A DNA stretch of 64,000 nucleotides from Balanoglossus misakiensis (Eukaryota; Animalia; Hemichordata): positions 11,843,834 to 11,907,833 of the forward strand of contig CM082579.2 of assembly GCA_040954595.2 (NCBI GenBank), written 5' to 3'. The position numbers and the translations under genes are program-made. Below, one piece after another: positions 11,383 to 23,255 of this stretch. The notes beneath the pieces are model-generated. The model saw nothing but the letters and a program-made list of their open reading frames with translations, did not search any database and was not told where the DNA came from. Every line of letters starts with the position of its first letter. The first letter of the stretch is position 1.

Positions 11383-13195
11383 ATAATTACATATAATCCC
11401 ATGATATCTTTCTTTGTTTGACGTCATCGTATACGAGTTGTTTTCGCGGAGCAGTGCAACTTCGAGCCGCAGGCGAGAAGTTGTACGCTTCCGCGAAAAC
11501 CACAAGTATACGATGACGTTAAACAAAGAAAGATATCATGGGATTATATATTTATCACATGAACAGTCTTCTTATTTTTCGTTAGAAGAGGCAGGACTAA
11601 AACAATTCAGTACCTTGCAACAATTTTGGAGCGGTGTCGTATTTTACTGAGCGGGATTATGTCATCCAGGAGATATATGTTGGGAGATTTTATGAATGAT
11701 CAGCGATAGTTCATCATTTGCATATACGCAAATGGTGAACTATCGCTGATCATTCATAAAATCTCCCAACAAGTCGTCCCGTTGAGTTCCGTTCGCTCGA
11801 AGTTCGGCCTTACACAAATGTAATCGATTCTCTAACAATTTTACTGCAACCTGTTGCCACGTCTTATACATTTCGTTGACCGGTGCAATAGAGAGGTTCA
11901 GTCGTCACGCTGAACTGGCTCGAAACAATTCCCCACACTGATTCGACTCGGAACGTACCGGACTTGCGCCTAGCCTAGGCTATGTACACCTGACCCAAAA
12001 CTTTGACAGCCACGATCGTCCATGATCATTGCGTCGACTGTCTTCTTTCCAAATTCCACCTTTCTGTTTTGAGCTTACAAAGCGTTATTGTCATGGAACC
12101 GTAATTTTTTTATTTCATTTCTGTATTGTAAATGCCGCGCGCTACACGTACTGTTTCTGTTTGACAACACAGTTACGGCGAATCGGTGGAAATAGTTCCG
12201 GTTGATGACGTAACACAGGGGTGATCAGGATTTTTGATCTGTCCTGGTCTACGTCACACAGGTGGTGATCAGGGCCAGTTCATGTGATAATTACATATAA
12301 TCCCATGATATCTTTCTTTGTTTGACGTCATCGTATACGAGTGGTTTTCGCGGAGCAGTGCAACTTCGAGCCGCAGGCGAGAAGTTGTACGCTTCCGCGA
12401 AAACCACGAGTATACGATGACGTTAAACAAAGAAAGATATCATGGGATTATATATTTATCACATGAACAGTCTTCTTATTTTTCGTTAGAAGAGGCAGGA
12501 CTAAAACAATTCAGTACCTTGCAACAATTTTGGAGCGGTGTCGTATTTTACTGAGCGGGATTATGTCCCCCAGGAGATATATGTTGGGAGATTTTATGAA
12601 TGATCAGCGATAGTTCATCATTTGCATATACGCAAATGGGGAACTATCGCTGATCATTCATAAAATCTCCCAACAAGTCGTCCCGTTGAGTTCCGTTCGC
12701 TCGAAGTTCGGCCTTACACAAATGTAATCGATTCTCTAACAATTTTACTGCAACCTGTTGCCACGTCTTATACATTTCGTTGACCGGTGCAATAGAGAGG
12801 TTCAGTCGTCACGCTGAACTGGCTCGAAACAATTCCCCACGCTGATTCGACTCGGAACGTACCGGACTTGCGCCTAGCCTAGGCTATGTACACCTGACCC
12901 AAAACTTTGACAGCCACGATCGTCCATGATCGTTGCGTCGACTGTCTTCTTTCCAAATTCCACCTTTCTGTTTTGAGCTTACAAAGCGTTATTGTCATGG
13001 AACCGTAATTTTTTTATTTCATTTCTGTATTGTAAATGCCGCGCGCTACACGTACTGTTTCTGTTTGACAACAAAGCTACGGCGAATCGGTGGAAATAGT
13101 TCCGGTTGATGACGTAACACAGGGGTGATCAGGATTTTTGATCTGTCCTGGTCTACGTCACACAGGTGGTGATCAGGGCCAGTTCATGTGATAAT
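11383..13195. mobile_element. Head-to-tail dimer of a 904-bp hairpin-containing non-autonomous element (Crypton-like or Helentron-like)
   Basis: Near-identical units with ATAAT at 11383, 12287 and 13191. Each has a ~155-bp terminal hairpin, an internal ~90-bp hairpin and asymmetric IRs TTATCACATGAAC/GTTCATGTGATAA. Confidence 0.8.
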
Positions 13196-13389
13196 AACCT
13201 TAAGAGTGTGAGAACAAATGACATATTGTTCAGACCATTGTCGATACGTTTTTTCTAACGGTATAGCGATTATACTATAGATGCCAGGATTAACACGCGC
13301 CAATGTAGTTTTCATATTGGATCGGTTATCTTGCATCGCTTGAAGATAAACATTTAACGGTCGGTCTGTTTTTGTACGACAGATTTTAG

Positions 13390-13542
13390 GCCCTGAGATT
13401 ATCACCTGTGATGTGAATAACGGAGGCTGCCAACATATTTGTAATCAAGAAAGTCCGTCCCAAGTCAACTGTTCTTGTAATGCGAGTTACGAGCTCGGAG
13501 ATGACGGCCAATCATGCCAGTTAATTTGTCAAATATTTTCGG
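13390..13542 (+). CDS. EGF-like domain exon (phase 1-1)
   Basis: tttag|...TCGG|gtgaga; TCDVNNGGCQHICNQESPSQVNCSCNASYELGDDGQSC shows six-cysteine EGF spacing. Confidence 0.9.
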
Positions 13543-13704
13543 GTGAGAATTAATGTCAATCATTATTTGTAGACGCTGGAATACAAAGTTAGTATTAATG
13601 TTAGCACATATTTAATAGAATACAAGACTTTTGGTAAATTAGTATGAACACCGCATCTGAGATTTCCAGGACCACCTCTGATTTTTGGACACAATTTGTT
13701 TTAG

Positions 13705-14038
13705 CAGATCAACAACGGTACACCGCTCTCGTGTACTGTCAGCGATACGTACTGTACACGGAGGCGACGACATGGGAAGTGGCGAAGACGAACTGTCAAA
13801 ACTCCGGCGGCATTTTCTGGAGCATCAGAAACCGAGTGGCCGAGAAGTGCGTGACCGATCTAATCAGAGCGACTCTGGATGAAAGCACCTGGATCGGGTT
13901 GTTCAACAGCGGCGACAGACCTGAGGTTATTGGGGATTACCAATGGGTGGATGGTGGAGACGTTTTGGGCCCGTCTAAATATCAGCGCTGGTCGGATGGG
14001 AATGCGAGCGCCCAAAATCAGTACTGTGTACTGCTCTG
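13705..14038 (+). CDS. C-type lectin domain exon, N-terminal part
   Basis: ttttag|cag| acceptor; TWEVAKTNCQNSGG...STWIGL...YQWVDG...RWSDG...YCVLLW; donor TG|gtatga (phase 2). Confidence 0.9.
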
Positions 14039-14213
14039 GTATGAAGCACTGTCATTAAAGAGTAACTGTAACTTTTCAGCTTTTATTTCTCCCAAAACTA
14101 GAAAATAAGCAATCTTGTATCTTGGGGGCGGTGTCTGCCATTTTGCGTTCAAATCGTTTCTCATGCGTGCGGAGAGTTTGAGTCGAAATTCTCATGTAAT
14201 ATTTCTGTTTTAG

Positions 14214-14284
14214 GAGAAGCAGTGACTACCGTTGGGACAATCTTTACTGTGGGAGAGAACGTGCATATGTATGTCAATACCAAG
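14214..14284 (+). CDS. C-type lectin domain exon, C-terminal part
   Basis: tttag|G...CAAG|gtattg; RSSDYRWDNLYCGRERAYVCQYQ completes the CTLD in phase. Confidence 0.9.
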
Positions 14285-14413
14285 GTATTGTTTTTTTACC
14301 AGTTTGGGTTTTGTATGCATGCTTGTATTTTCCTTTCTCTCGATTTGACCAGCATGCGACACAACATTCACAAAAAGCGCACAGAATTTCTCCCTCTTGT
14401 TTAATCCCTTCAG

Positions 14414-14514
14414 CCCCAGTTCCCTCCTTAGAGACCCAACCATGCATAGAAAACAATGGGTTTGGACTGAACCATTGTGGTGAAAGGGTTGACATGTATT
14501 GGGATGGGCAATGA
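14414..14514 (+). CDS. Probable terminal coding exon of the EGF/C-type lectin gene
   Basis: cccttcag| phase 1; APVPSLETQPCIENNGFGLNHCGERVDMYWDGQ followed by TGA. Confidence 0.7.
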
Positions 14515-14926
14515 TTTGTGTTTACGTATGTCAGTGAATGTCAAGTACACACTGTCGAGTGCACGATTTAACAGGCGCCTGGAACTCACGAATCTCACAA
14601 ACACGTGGGAATGCAGCCCCCTTTGCAGCGAACGACAATTTGTTATGCGCAGAAATGACGCGCAGAAACTAAAACCTGTTCTCAGCCTGCAATATACTCT
14701 CAGCGCGCGCGTATCCTCGGCCCGTAGCCCCTACCTATACTCTGTCAACCATTTAATATCACGTTTTTTCTATGTCACGTGGTACGGTCTCAGCCAATCA
14801 AGAGTACAGAATACAGAGTGAGGTTTAATAATACCGTATAGTATAGTTATAAGGTATTTCTGTTAAATGTTTGTTTTTTAGTGTAAGTGTGTGTGTGTCA
14901 ATCCATCTGTCTGTTTATACACGTAT

Positions 14927-15343
14927 TTAAATAATAACACATGAGGGCGAGCGATGGCAATATCACGATTTGAAGCCTGCACGAGGGATGGTGATGATCA
15001 TTTTTCACAATTGATGATGGTTGTTGCTCTCCAGTGCCAATTCCCGTAAAAAAAGCTGTGTATAGTAAAAGCACTTCCATACTGACTTGCTGCAATTCCG
15101 GTAGCTGCAGTAACAGCAACTCTCCGTGGTAATGCTCTGGATATTTTCTTTATAAGGGTAGTTTTTCCAGTTCCTGCACCTCACGTAAAAAAAAAAAACA
15201 TTTTTGCCATCAATTGCCCTTTTCAGTATCTGTTCCTGGTCATTGGTAAGTAAGTCCACGGGCTGGTGATCTCTGACCATCACCATCCCTCGTGCAGGCC
15301 AAATACCATGATATTGCCCTCGCTAACATGTGTTATTATTTAA
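14927..15343. mobile_element. Inverted-repeat element (~70-bp arms) enclosing a PIF1 helicase fragment
   Basis: Arms TTAAATAATAACACATG..GCCTGCACGAGGGATGGTGATG (14927-15000) and reverse complement (15274-15343). Confidence 0.75.
15025..15260 (-). pseudogene. PIF1-family helicase N-terminal motor fragment (degenerate)
   Basis: LTNDQEQILKRAIDGKNVFF, a frameshift in a T run, then T*GAGTGKTTLIKKISRALPRRVAVTAATGIAASQYGSAFTIHSFFTGIG: Walker A, motif Ia and the TIHSF-GIG motif. Confidence 0.85.
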
Positions 15344-15569
15344 CTATTGTCATTTTCATGAAGTTTTACTCATACCTCAGTCAAATTAAAAAAAATCATC
15401 GGTTAAATAAAATCGTATGGTCAATCCATCAGTGATCACTCAAGTTTACTTGAAATATTTTTGACATAACGCTTTTATTGTACAGCGTAGTATATTGGTT
15501 GATGCACGAAGTTTGTATAAACGTAGAGAGAGAGAAAAAAAGCGTCTGAAATTTCTTGTAAAAAGTGCC

Positions 15570-16416
15570 TGTAGTCACGTGTCATCCAAGACAGCAATCT
15601 GTTCGAAAAGGTAAAGTTGTCTTATTCTGTACAAGCACATTATCGTGTTGAGAATTATTGATGATGTTTTTGAAGTTTACTCAGGAAGAGAAAATACAGT
15701 ACTTACCAGTTGTGATAACGATCTTCATAAAACGGACTAACATTTCATTGTGAATTAGGTCTATATCCTAAAATAACTGTCACGGTTGTCGCCGTTCATT
15801 CCAACATATTCACACCAAACAGGTTACGGGTACAAAGACATAGGCCTTACATTTAATAACTGAAATGGAACAAATACATGTCAGTTCCAACGCGTGTGGC
15901 CGGTCTGGCTACAGAGGTGAACTGCTAAATTACACACATGTATGGGAGTTCACCTCCAACAGAATACACCAAAATTCATGTAAGTGAAAAATACAGATAC
16001 AATTGGAAAATTGACGCAAATTCAAGACACCAATTACTTGTGCTGAAATGAGTCCGTAGAATGCACCAAAATACAAAGCTTCAAGCAACAGGTAAGGTAC
16101 AAGGAAACTAACCTGAAATGGAACAAATACATGTCAGTTCCAACGTGTGTGGCCGGTCTGGCTACAGAGGTGAACTGACCAATTTTATGCACAATGTCCT
16201 TTTATATCAGCAACTACATCATAGTGCCAGATTAGCTTGTGTTCATTGGTCAAATGAAACTTCCAGGTGGTTTGCATATAATTAAGATCAACCAATTGAA
16301 GGTAAGTACTATTACGTCACATGAATAATTGAATAACTAATTACTGCAAGATACAGGTATAACATACATACAGATCTACATGTATACAAATTCAATGGAT
16401 CAACAAGGCCGTTACA
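15570..16416 (-). mobile_element. Probable 3' LTR of a Gypsy element
   Basis: On the - strand it begins TGTAAC right after GACGAGGACGCC..GGGGTGCA (PPT-like region) and ends ..GACTACA; internal ~65-bp direct repeat at ~15860 and ~16113. The left boundary is tentative. Confidence 0.55.
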
Positions 16417-16475
16417 TGCACCCCTGCGAGGAGAAATGGCGTCCTCGTCATTTACAGTAAGTTAAAGAAATTTGA

Positions 16476-17240
16476 TTAATAGTGGCAATTAAAAAATGGT
16501 ATAGAAGATAAAGTCGTATGAGCAAAATGTTTTAAATTCCATTGTTCGGGACTATATCTATCTGGAGGTCGTCTCTGTCGTGTAGGGTAGCGTGGTTCAG
16601 GTTGAGTACTACTACTGGAGTCAGGACTGATGTTGTTGATAGTAGCAGGAGTGATACCATCTGGATCGCTCGATGACAAACCATCCGTACACTGCAAAAT
16701 ATGATTCGAGAAATCTGAGGTAAGTACTTGAGAAGGTCCATCCGGATTAACCATACTTGTGGAGTTGTACATCAGGGAACTTTCTCTTCTGGATGGGATG
16801 AACTCTGCAGCAGTAGGATAAAGAGCATTGTGTTCTGTTGGCAAGTTGATAGTTGACACGAATTGCAATTTACCAATGCCGTCATTATCTTCGTCCACTG
16901 CATCATGGGTAGCATTGTTGATTACACCCGGTACACTCTGCTTAACATCACGCTGCGTCATCTTGGTGTTAACATCGTCATCCAGTTCGTCCGGAAGTAT
17001 TGGTATTGGGAGTAGCAAATTTCTATGTAGTGTCCGCTTTCTTCCACCCTTAACTTGTTTTTGTACCAAGTATACTGGAATGTCTTCTATGGGCTGTGAA
17101 ATCACTGTATATGGATCCTTTTCCCATTGGTCTGCCAATTTGTAATTGTCTTTAGGTCCCGTATTCTTCACCAACACAGTATCACCAGGTTGTAATATGG
17201 CCACCTTCACCTTTCTATCATATGACTTCTTCTGCCGTTC

Positions 17241-17272
<32 letters not shown>

Positions 17273-20200
17273 ATTGAGCATTTCAGAAGAAAAAAAAAGA
17301 CAAGACAAAGAGGAAAAAGAAACGAAAAAACAGGCTGGGAAGGGTTTGGCAAACTGTAGTAAACTTACATCTGATAAAGAAAGAAAACAAAAACAAAGTT
17401 ACATCCGCGTATTTTTACTATTTATAATGGTGGGGACTGTCCACAAAACTGACTTAGTTGTTCCCATTTGGGACCAGGGTTCATTTTATCAAATTCTTTT
17501 AATTTCATTTTACATTTTTCAATTTCAATTTTTTGTTGTACCCATTTCATAAAATATTGTATATTTGGTATTTTGTGTTTTTTCTTACATTCGTATATAT
17601 GTTTCTTACCTAAAAGAATGACAAAATTGACAAGTGAAAAGTTGTCTTCCATGATCTTTCCCAAAATTACATTCTCTGGTGATAGAGTAAGTTGAATATT
17701 ACAATTTCGAAGCAGAACTAATTCAATATCTCCCCAGAATTGTAGGACATATTCACATTCAAAGAAAAGATGAATTATGTCTTCAGTCCAAAGATGACAG
17801 AAAGTACATTTGTCTGAATCAATTACATTTCTTATTCTTAGAAATCTATTTGTATCTATGATTCGAGTTAATATTTTATACTGGAAACTTTGCAGTGCTG
17901 TGTCATCTGTGATTTTGAAAATAAGTGGAAAGAATTTTGTTAGCCCTTCATTCAGATTGAATTCCTCTATCCATTTCGTTGTGCTGCTTTGAGATTTTAC
18001 TCTTTTCATTGTGCAATTTTGAAAAAGGTTTAAATAAACTTGCCTACAAACTTTTCCTGATATGAACAGTTGGTTGTTATTTAATTGTTTTAGGTTCTGT
18101 TTAGCATTTTCTTTCCACTGTCTCGGTATGGCGTCAATGAGACACATATACTTAAACACTTCAGAGTTGGGCAGATCAAATTTTTTCCTGAGGTCTTTAA
18201 AGTCCATTATACAATGTTTTTCATCTAAAAGGTCTTTGAAGTTACAAATACCCTGTTGATGCCAGGTTAGATAATGCACTATTTTATCACCGATTAAAAT
18301 ATTTGGATTTGCCCAGAGGCACTCTGAGATTGACCCTCTGGCCTGGATTTTATTATTTGTGGGAAACCACGTGATCAGCGTGTTTTTCCAAAATAAATTT
18401 TGACTAAAGTAAGTAAAGGCCACTTTTTTAGCAATTTGCGCAGTGAAGTAGGGAAAACAGTGTCCACTGAACCCACATGTAATATTAAATAATTGTTTCC
18501 ATTGTCCCGGTTTATCATCCATCAATCTGTATAACCATGATATATGGAGCGAATCAGCCAATGTTGACAAATCTACCATATTCAATCCACCATTTTGAAT
18601 ATCACAGCACAGCCTGAGCCTATTAATTTTTGCTTGTCTGTTATTCCAAATAAAGCTTGAAAATGCATCATTTAACTGTTGTAGCAGTGAAATCGACATC
18701 TTTGGTAGTATTGACATGATATGAATGAGCTTAGGTACTGCCAATGTCTTAACAACACATATTTTCCGACGCAATGTCAGTGGCCGCATGGACCACATAT
18801 TCAAAAGTCGTTTAATTGAATCAATTACCGGAATATAGTTCAGTTTTTCGTATTTCTCTAATTTGACGTCAAAGGTAATTCCAAGCAGGGTGAAAGGTTC
18901 GTCAGACCAATGTATATTATAATCAGTTTCTAATTGTTCATTACAGTATGCTCTCGAACCAAACCAAATAGCTGTTGTTTTCTCAAAATTTGGACGAAGA
19001 CCGGAAATCAAAGAAAATTGTTTTAGTATTAAAAGCACTTCCTGCAATGAGCTTTGTGATCCATCTAGAAATAAGAATGAATCGTCAGCATATTGACCTA
19101 GTAGAAATTTCTCATGTTCTACTTGGAATCCTTTGACGTGGGGAGATCTTCTTAGTGCAGCAGCTAAAAGCTCAACAGCTGTTATGAATAAATAAGGTGA
19201 CAGATGATCACCCTGTCGAACACCTCTATGTATATTGAAAAAAGATGAAAAATGTCCGTTATTTATAACACAGCTGTTTATATTTTTATAGCACACTTCT
19301 ATCCACCTACAGAATGTATGGCCAAAGTTAAAATATTTTAACGTTTTAAGCATGTAATCCCATTCTATTGAATCAAATGCCTTTTCGAAGTCGAGCAACA
19401 GCATTAACCCAGGTAGATTTCTTACTTTAGCAATAGAAAATATATCATAGACTAGTCGGGTATTTTCACCAATAAAACGCCCTTTTAAAAAGCCCTTTTG
19501 ATTCTCATGAATTATACTTGGCAATACATTTTTCATTCTGTCAGCTAAAATTGCCGAGGCAATTTTGTAATCGGTATTTAGTAAAGTTATTGGTCGCCAA
19601 TTCTTCAATAATTGTCTGTTTTTGTTCTGTTTCGGTATGCATGTAATTATTCCTTGTTTTTGTGATACTGAAAATTCCCCCTTTTGATAGGCTTCGTTCA
19701 ATGACCGTGTGACCAGATTCCCAACTGATGTCCAGAACATTTTGTAAAACTCGGCCGGAAAGCCATCAGAGCCCGGACTTTTATTGTTTGACATTCTTCT
19801 CAACGCTTCTGTACATTCTTTTAATGTTATGGCACCTTCTAACTTTCCACTTTCTTCTGTACTAAGTTTAGGGATATCATTGTATTTCAGAAATTCACTC
19901 TCGGTGATAGACTCACTGCCTCGTTTGCTGGAATAAAGGGATTCGTAGAAGCATTTCTGTTCCTCGAGAATTTCTTCTTGTTTTGTTATGACATTGTCGT
20001 CCCTTATTAATTTACATATTGTTTTATTTACATACTGTACATACCGTTCACCAGACTTAACAGACCGTTCCGCTGCTACTTTATAGGCGTAATCCAACCG
20101 TTCGGCAAGTTTCGTCACATAGTCTGAAACTGTTCCACCATATTCCAGGTTGGTCTGGTCTGCATGTCCGGATACATCTATAGGCAGTCTTGGTTCACGA

Positions 20201-21090
20201 CCAAACATCAAAAAGAAAGGTGAATATCCGGTGCTTTCATGTTATGTAGAATTATAGGCATGAACCATCGTATTGACATGTGAAGCCCATCTTGTCTTGT
20301 TTTCTTCATTCATAGTTCCAAGCATCTGTAATAACGTCTTATTAAATCGTTCGCACATTCCATTTCCCTGGGGGTGGTATGGAGTGGTCCTGGACTTCTT
20401 AATATTCGCTATTCGGCAAAGTTCCTGAATTGTAGACGACTCAAAGTTTCGCCCCTGGTCACTGTGTAATCGTCCTGGGAACCCATAATGCAAGATCAAA
20501 TGTTCAAACAATGCTTTGGCAGTTGTTTTGGCAGACTGGTTCTTTGTAGGTACTGCTATAGCGTATCGAGTGAAACCCTCCGTCATCACTAATATGTTGC
20601 TATATCCTTGATCTGGTGTTGGTATATGGAGAAAGTCAATGCACACCATTTCCATCGGTTGTGATGTGTGAATATTAACCAAGGGAGTTCTGGGTAAGGA
20701 AGTTGAACTTTTCCTGCGAATGCATGGTAAACAATGTTCCACTTTCTTTTGAACATCCATCGACATCCTATGCCAGTAGAATCTTCGTCGTACCAGATCC
20801 AGGGTTTTATCTTGGCCAAAGTGTCCAAGTTTATCATGTAGTTCCTCCAGGACATCTTTTCTATGGTGTACTGGTAAGACAAGTTGCAAATATTGTATAT
20901 CATCGATGAAGCATTTCCTGTATAGGACTCCATTCTTCAGAACAAGGCGTTTCCAATCTCGTATAAGTAGTCTGATATCTCCTATATGATCTCTCATAAG
21001 TGGTTTGTGGTCCTTTTCAAGCTGATCAGTCACATACCGTATTGTTGAATCTTTGGACTGCTCCGTCTTCCAGAAGTTGCAAATCAACAC
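16476..21090 (-). mobile_element. Ty3/Gypsy integrase region (5'-truncated), interrupted by a LINE
   Basis: ORF 20242..21090: HDKLGH..CLPC zinc motif, VCIDFL, LHSDQGRNFES, YHPQGNGMCERFNKTL; then MFGREPRLPID; C-terminus QKKSYDRKVKVAILQPGDTVLVKN in 16476..17234. Confidence 0.95.
17250..20043 (-). mobile_element. 5'-truncated L1/Tx1-clade LINE with an uninterrupted RT frame, poly(A) tail and 15-bp TSD
   Basis: TSD CCGTTCACCAGACTT at 17235-17249 and 20044-20058; T run at ~17250-17272; motifs KSPGSDGF, NWRPITLLNTDYK, DFEKAFD, RQGDHLSPYLF, YADD, CTFC..HLFFEC; stop at 17422. Confidence 0.97.
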
Positions 21091-21987
21091 AAGGCGAACG
21101 TAATAAAAAGCACAAATTGCTACATTTGAGAGGGCGAATCTAAACGTGATTGGGCAAAGGAAAGAAAGTGCCTGATTGGTCGAAAGTGATCTCCATCAGG
21201 ATCCGTATGGCGATGCAAGGTTCTATATACTATAGTCAAATAACAGTTTATATTTGTTCTCTCTTAAAGCGAACATCTAGTTTGTTCATCAACACAGATT
21301 TTCTCCAAAAGTCTGTCAGTAACCTTACAAATATCACTCTCAAAAATTTCCAACGAAAAAGCAGCACGCCATTAGGTAAAATATTATGAATTATTTTGAA
21401 ATTAAACAAATAAAACTTTCTATAAGGCCAAATAATAAAATATGTGCTGTTTTGATTACCTGACATACCCTAATTTTTGCCCACCGACCCTTAACATTTT
21501 AGAGCTTCGTAAACCGGAAGTAATATGAAAATTGCGAGAATCACGCATGACGCCATTCTTCTACATTACGGCGGCCAAAGATATAAAAAATTGCAAAATA
21601 AAAAAAATTCCCTACCTACCCTATTTTTGTAAACGATGTAATTGGAACAGCACATTGGCCAAATGTTACAGTGTCGTTGTCAGTGATTGCACTATACCTT
21701 TGTCTATTGTAACGTTGTGAGATTATCGAAATGACAATCCCAGGTATGTTCAAAATGCGGAAGGATAAATGTACGTGACACAAAATCATTTGAAGTAAAG
21801 TTGGCAAGCCTGTTTATTTGATTACCTTAAAGTACAGAAAAGCAATCACAACTGTTGTTATAGTAGGAGAAAGATCTGGGAAGAAAATTTAGTGGTCTTG
21901 TAAACAGAAATTGTTAATACGTGTCAAGAAAGACTCGGTCACATTTGTCTGAATTTGACTATTGTCAACATGTTTTCGTTGATAACT

Positions 21988-22049
21988 TTATCCAAGCACT
22001 CGTTCCATCATTCGGTGAATGGCAATCATCTGCGGAGCCAGGTTGGTAG
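21988..22049 (-). CDS. PHB/PHA depolymerase-like gene, last coding exon
   Basis: ag|CT ACC AAC..: ATNLAPQMIAIHRMMERVLG then TAA; AATAAA downstream at 21813-21818. Confidence 0.85.
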
Positions 22050-22312
22050 CTATATGGATTAAAGAAGACAATATATATTAAAATAAGGTGTTCGGTTCAA
22101 AGCGAAACCAAATCACCTTCTGCATCTAATCTTCTGTCGCTTGATTGTTTCGCGCATCATTCACCAGTCAAAATGTTAACCTATGAACCTAAATAAAATA
22201 CAGAGGGTCACCGGGGCTTCCAAATTGTTCAAAACTTTCGCCTGAACCGACATTTGCGTTTGAAATGTTCTGGCAAATGAGAACAAATTACTAGTAATAA
22301 ATATTGTCGTAC

Positions 22313-22338
22313 CGTAGTAGGTTCCTGTATAACCCCAC
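22313..22338 (-). CDS. PHB/PHA depolymerase-like gene, 26-nt micro-exon
   Basis: tacag|G TGG GGT TAT ACA GGA ACC TAC TAC G|gtacga completes CWDWWGYTG. Confidence 0.85.
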
Positions 22339-22983
22339 CTGTATAGAGAAACCAAAATGTGTGTTGGTCAGAAGGTCTTTCAACTGTTTGCTGTATGACA
22401 CGGTTCCTAACCTTTCTAATTATCTTCTTTTATCATAGTGTGTGAAATAGTTTTAAGGTATAATGATTATGTTGTGTGCATTTATATTTTTGTGTATGTA
22501 TCTTTGCATGTAGCCGGTAGACCGGTTAATCATATAGTCATAATATTGTTCATAGTGCCGCCAAAACCCCAATACTCTCGTTATTTAATCTACAAATTGC
22601 TCTATTCCTCACGATATATACTCCAATCAGACACCCTTACCTTTCATCTATTAAAGCTGTAATGCCTGCCATTTTTGAAAATGTTTTAATGAGTTTACTT
22701 TCAAACTTAATGTATTCCATTTAAATAAAATAAACGATGGGTATACATGAACCTCTGATTGTGGCCAGACAAGTTAAATAATAAATGGGTACCGCAGCCA
22801 TATATTCATCCACCCATTTCAAAAGTAACCTATTATCATGGGTATTAGAATTCAAATGGTGTCGTTTTTCAATAAGGATAATGAGAAGATAGAAGTATTC
22901 ATCGATAAAAATGTGCTAAAAGTGGCAGCTCCTGGGGCTTTAAAAACGAATATTAAGATGAGCTTCTTTTGATAAGTACATAC

Positions 22984-23115
22984 CAATCCCAGCATCCATT
23001 ACCATTCCCATGGGAAACTGACGCAATCGCTTGAGGGTAAACGATTATAATGTAATTTAATTCAGCAACTTCGTTGTAACCCGAGTTACGTGCATATTCG
23101 TCCCCGACAAATGTT
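22984..23115 (-). CDS. PHB/PHA depolymerase-like gene, internal exon
   Basis: TFVGDEYARNSGYNEVAELNYIIIVYPQAIASVSHGNGNGCWDW; canonical splice sites, phase 2-2. Confidence 0.9.
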
Positions 23116-23128
23116 CTGCAAATGATTT

Positions 23129-23129
23129 T

Positions 23130-23177
<48 letters not shown>

Positions 23178-23209
23178 GCCGCCACCACCACTACCACCAC
23201 TACCACAAC

Positions 23210-23255
<46 letters not shown>
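23129..23255 (+). repeat. Compound (TCA)n/(CCA)n microsatellite, intronic
   Basis: Read directly. Confidence 0.95.

Noticed and set aside
17422-20211. Novel integrase-RT fusion gene
   Set aside because: TSD and poly(A) show a nested insertion, and the upstream integrase has a stop.
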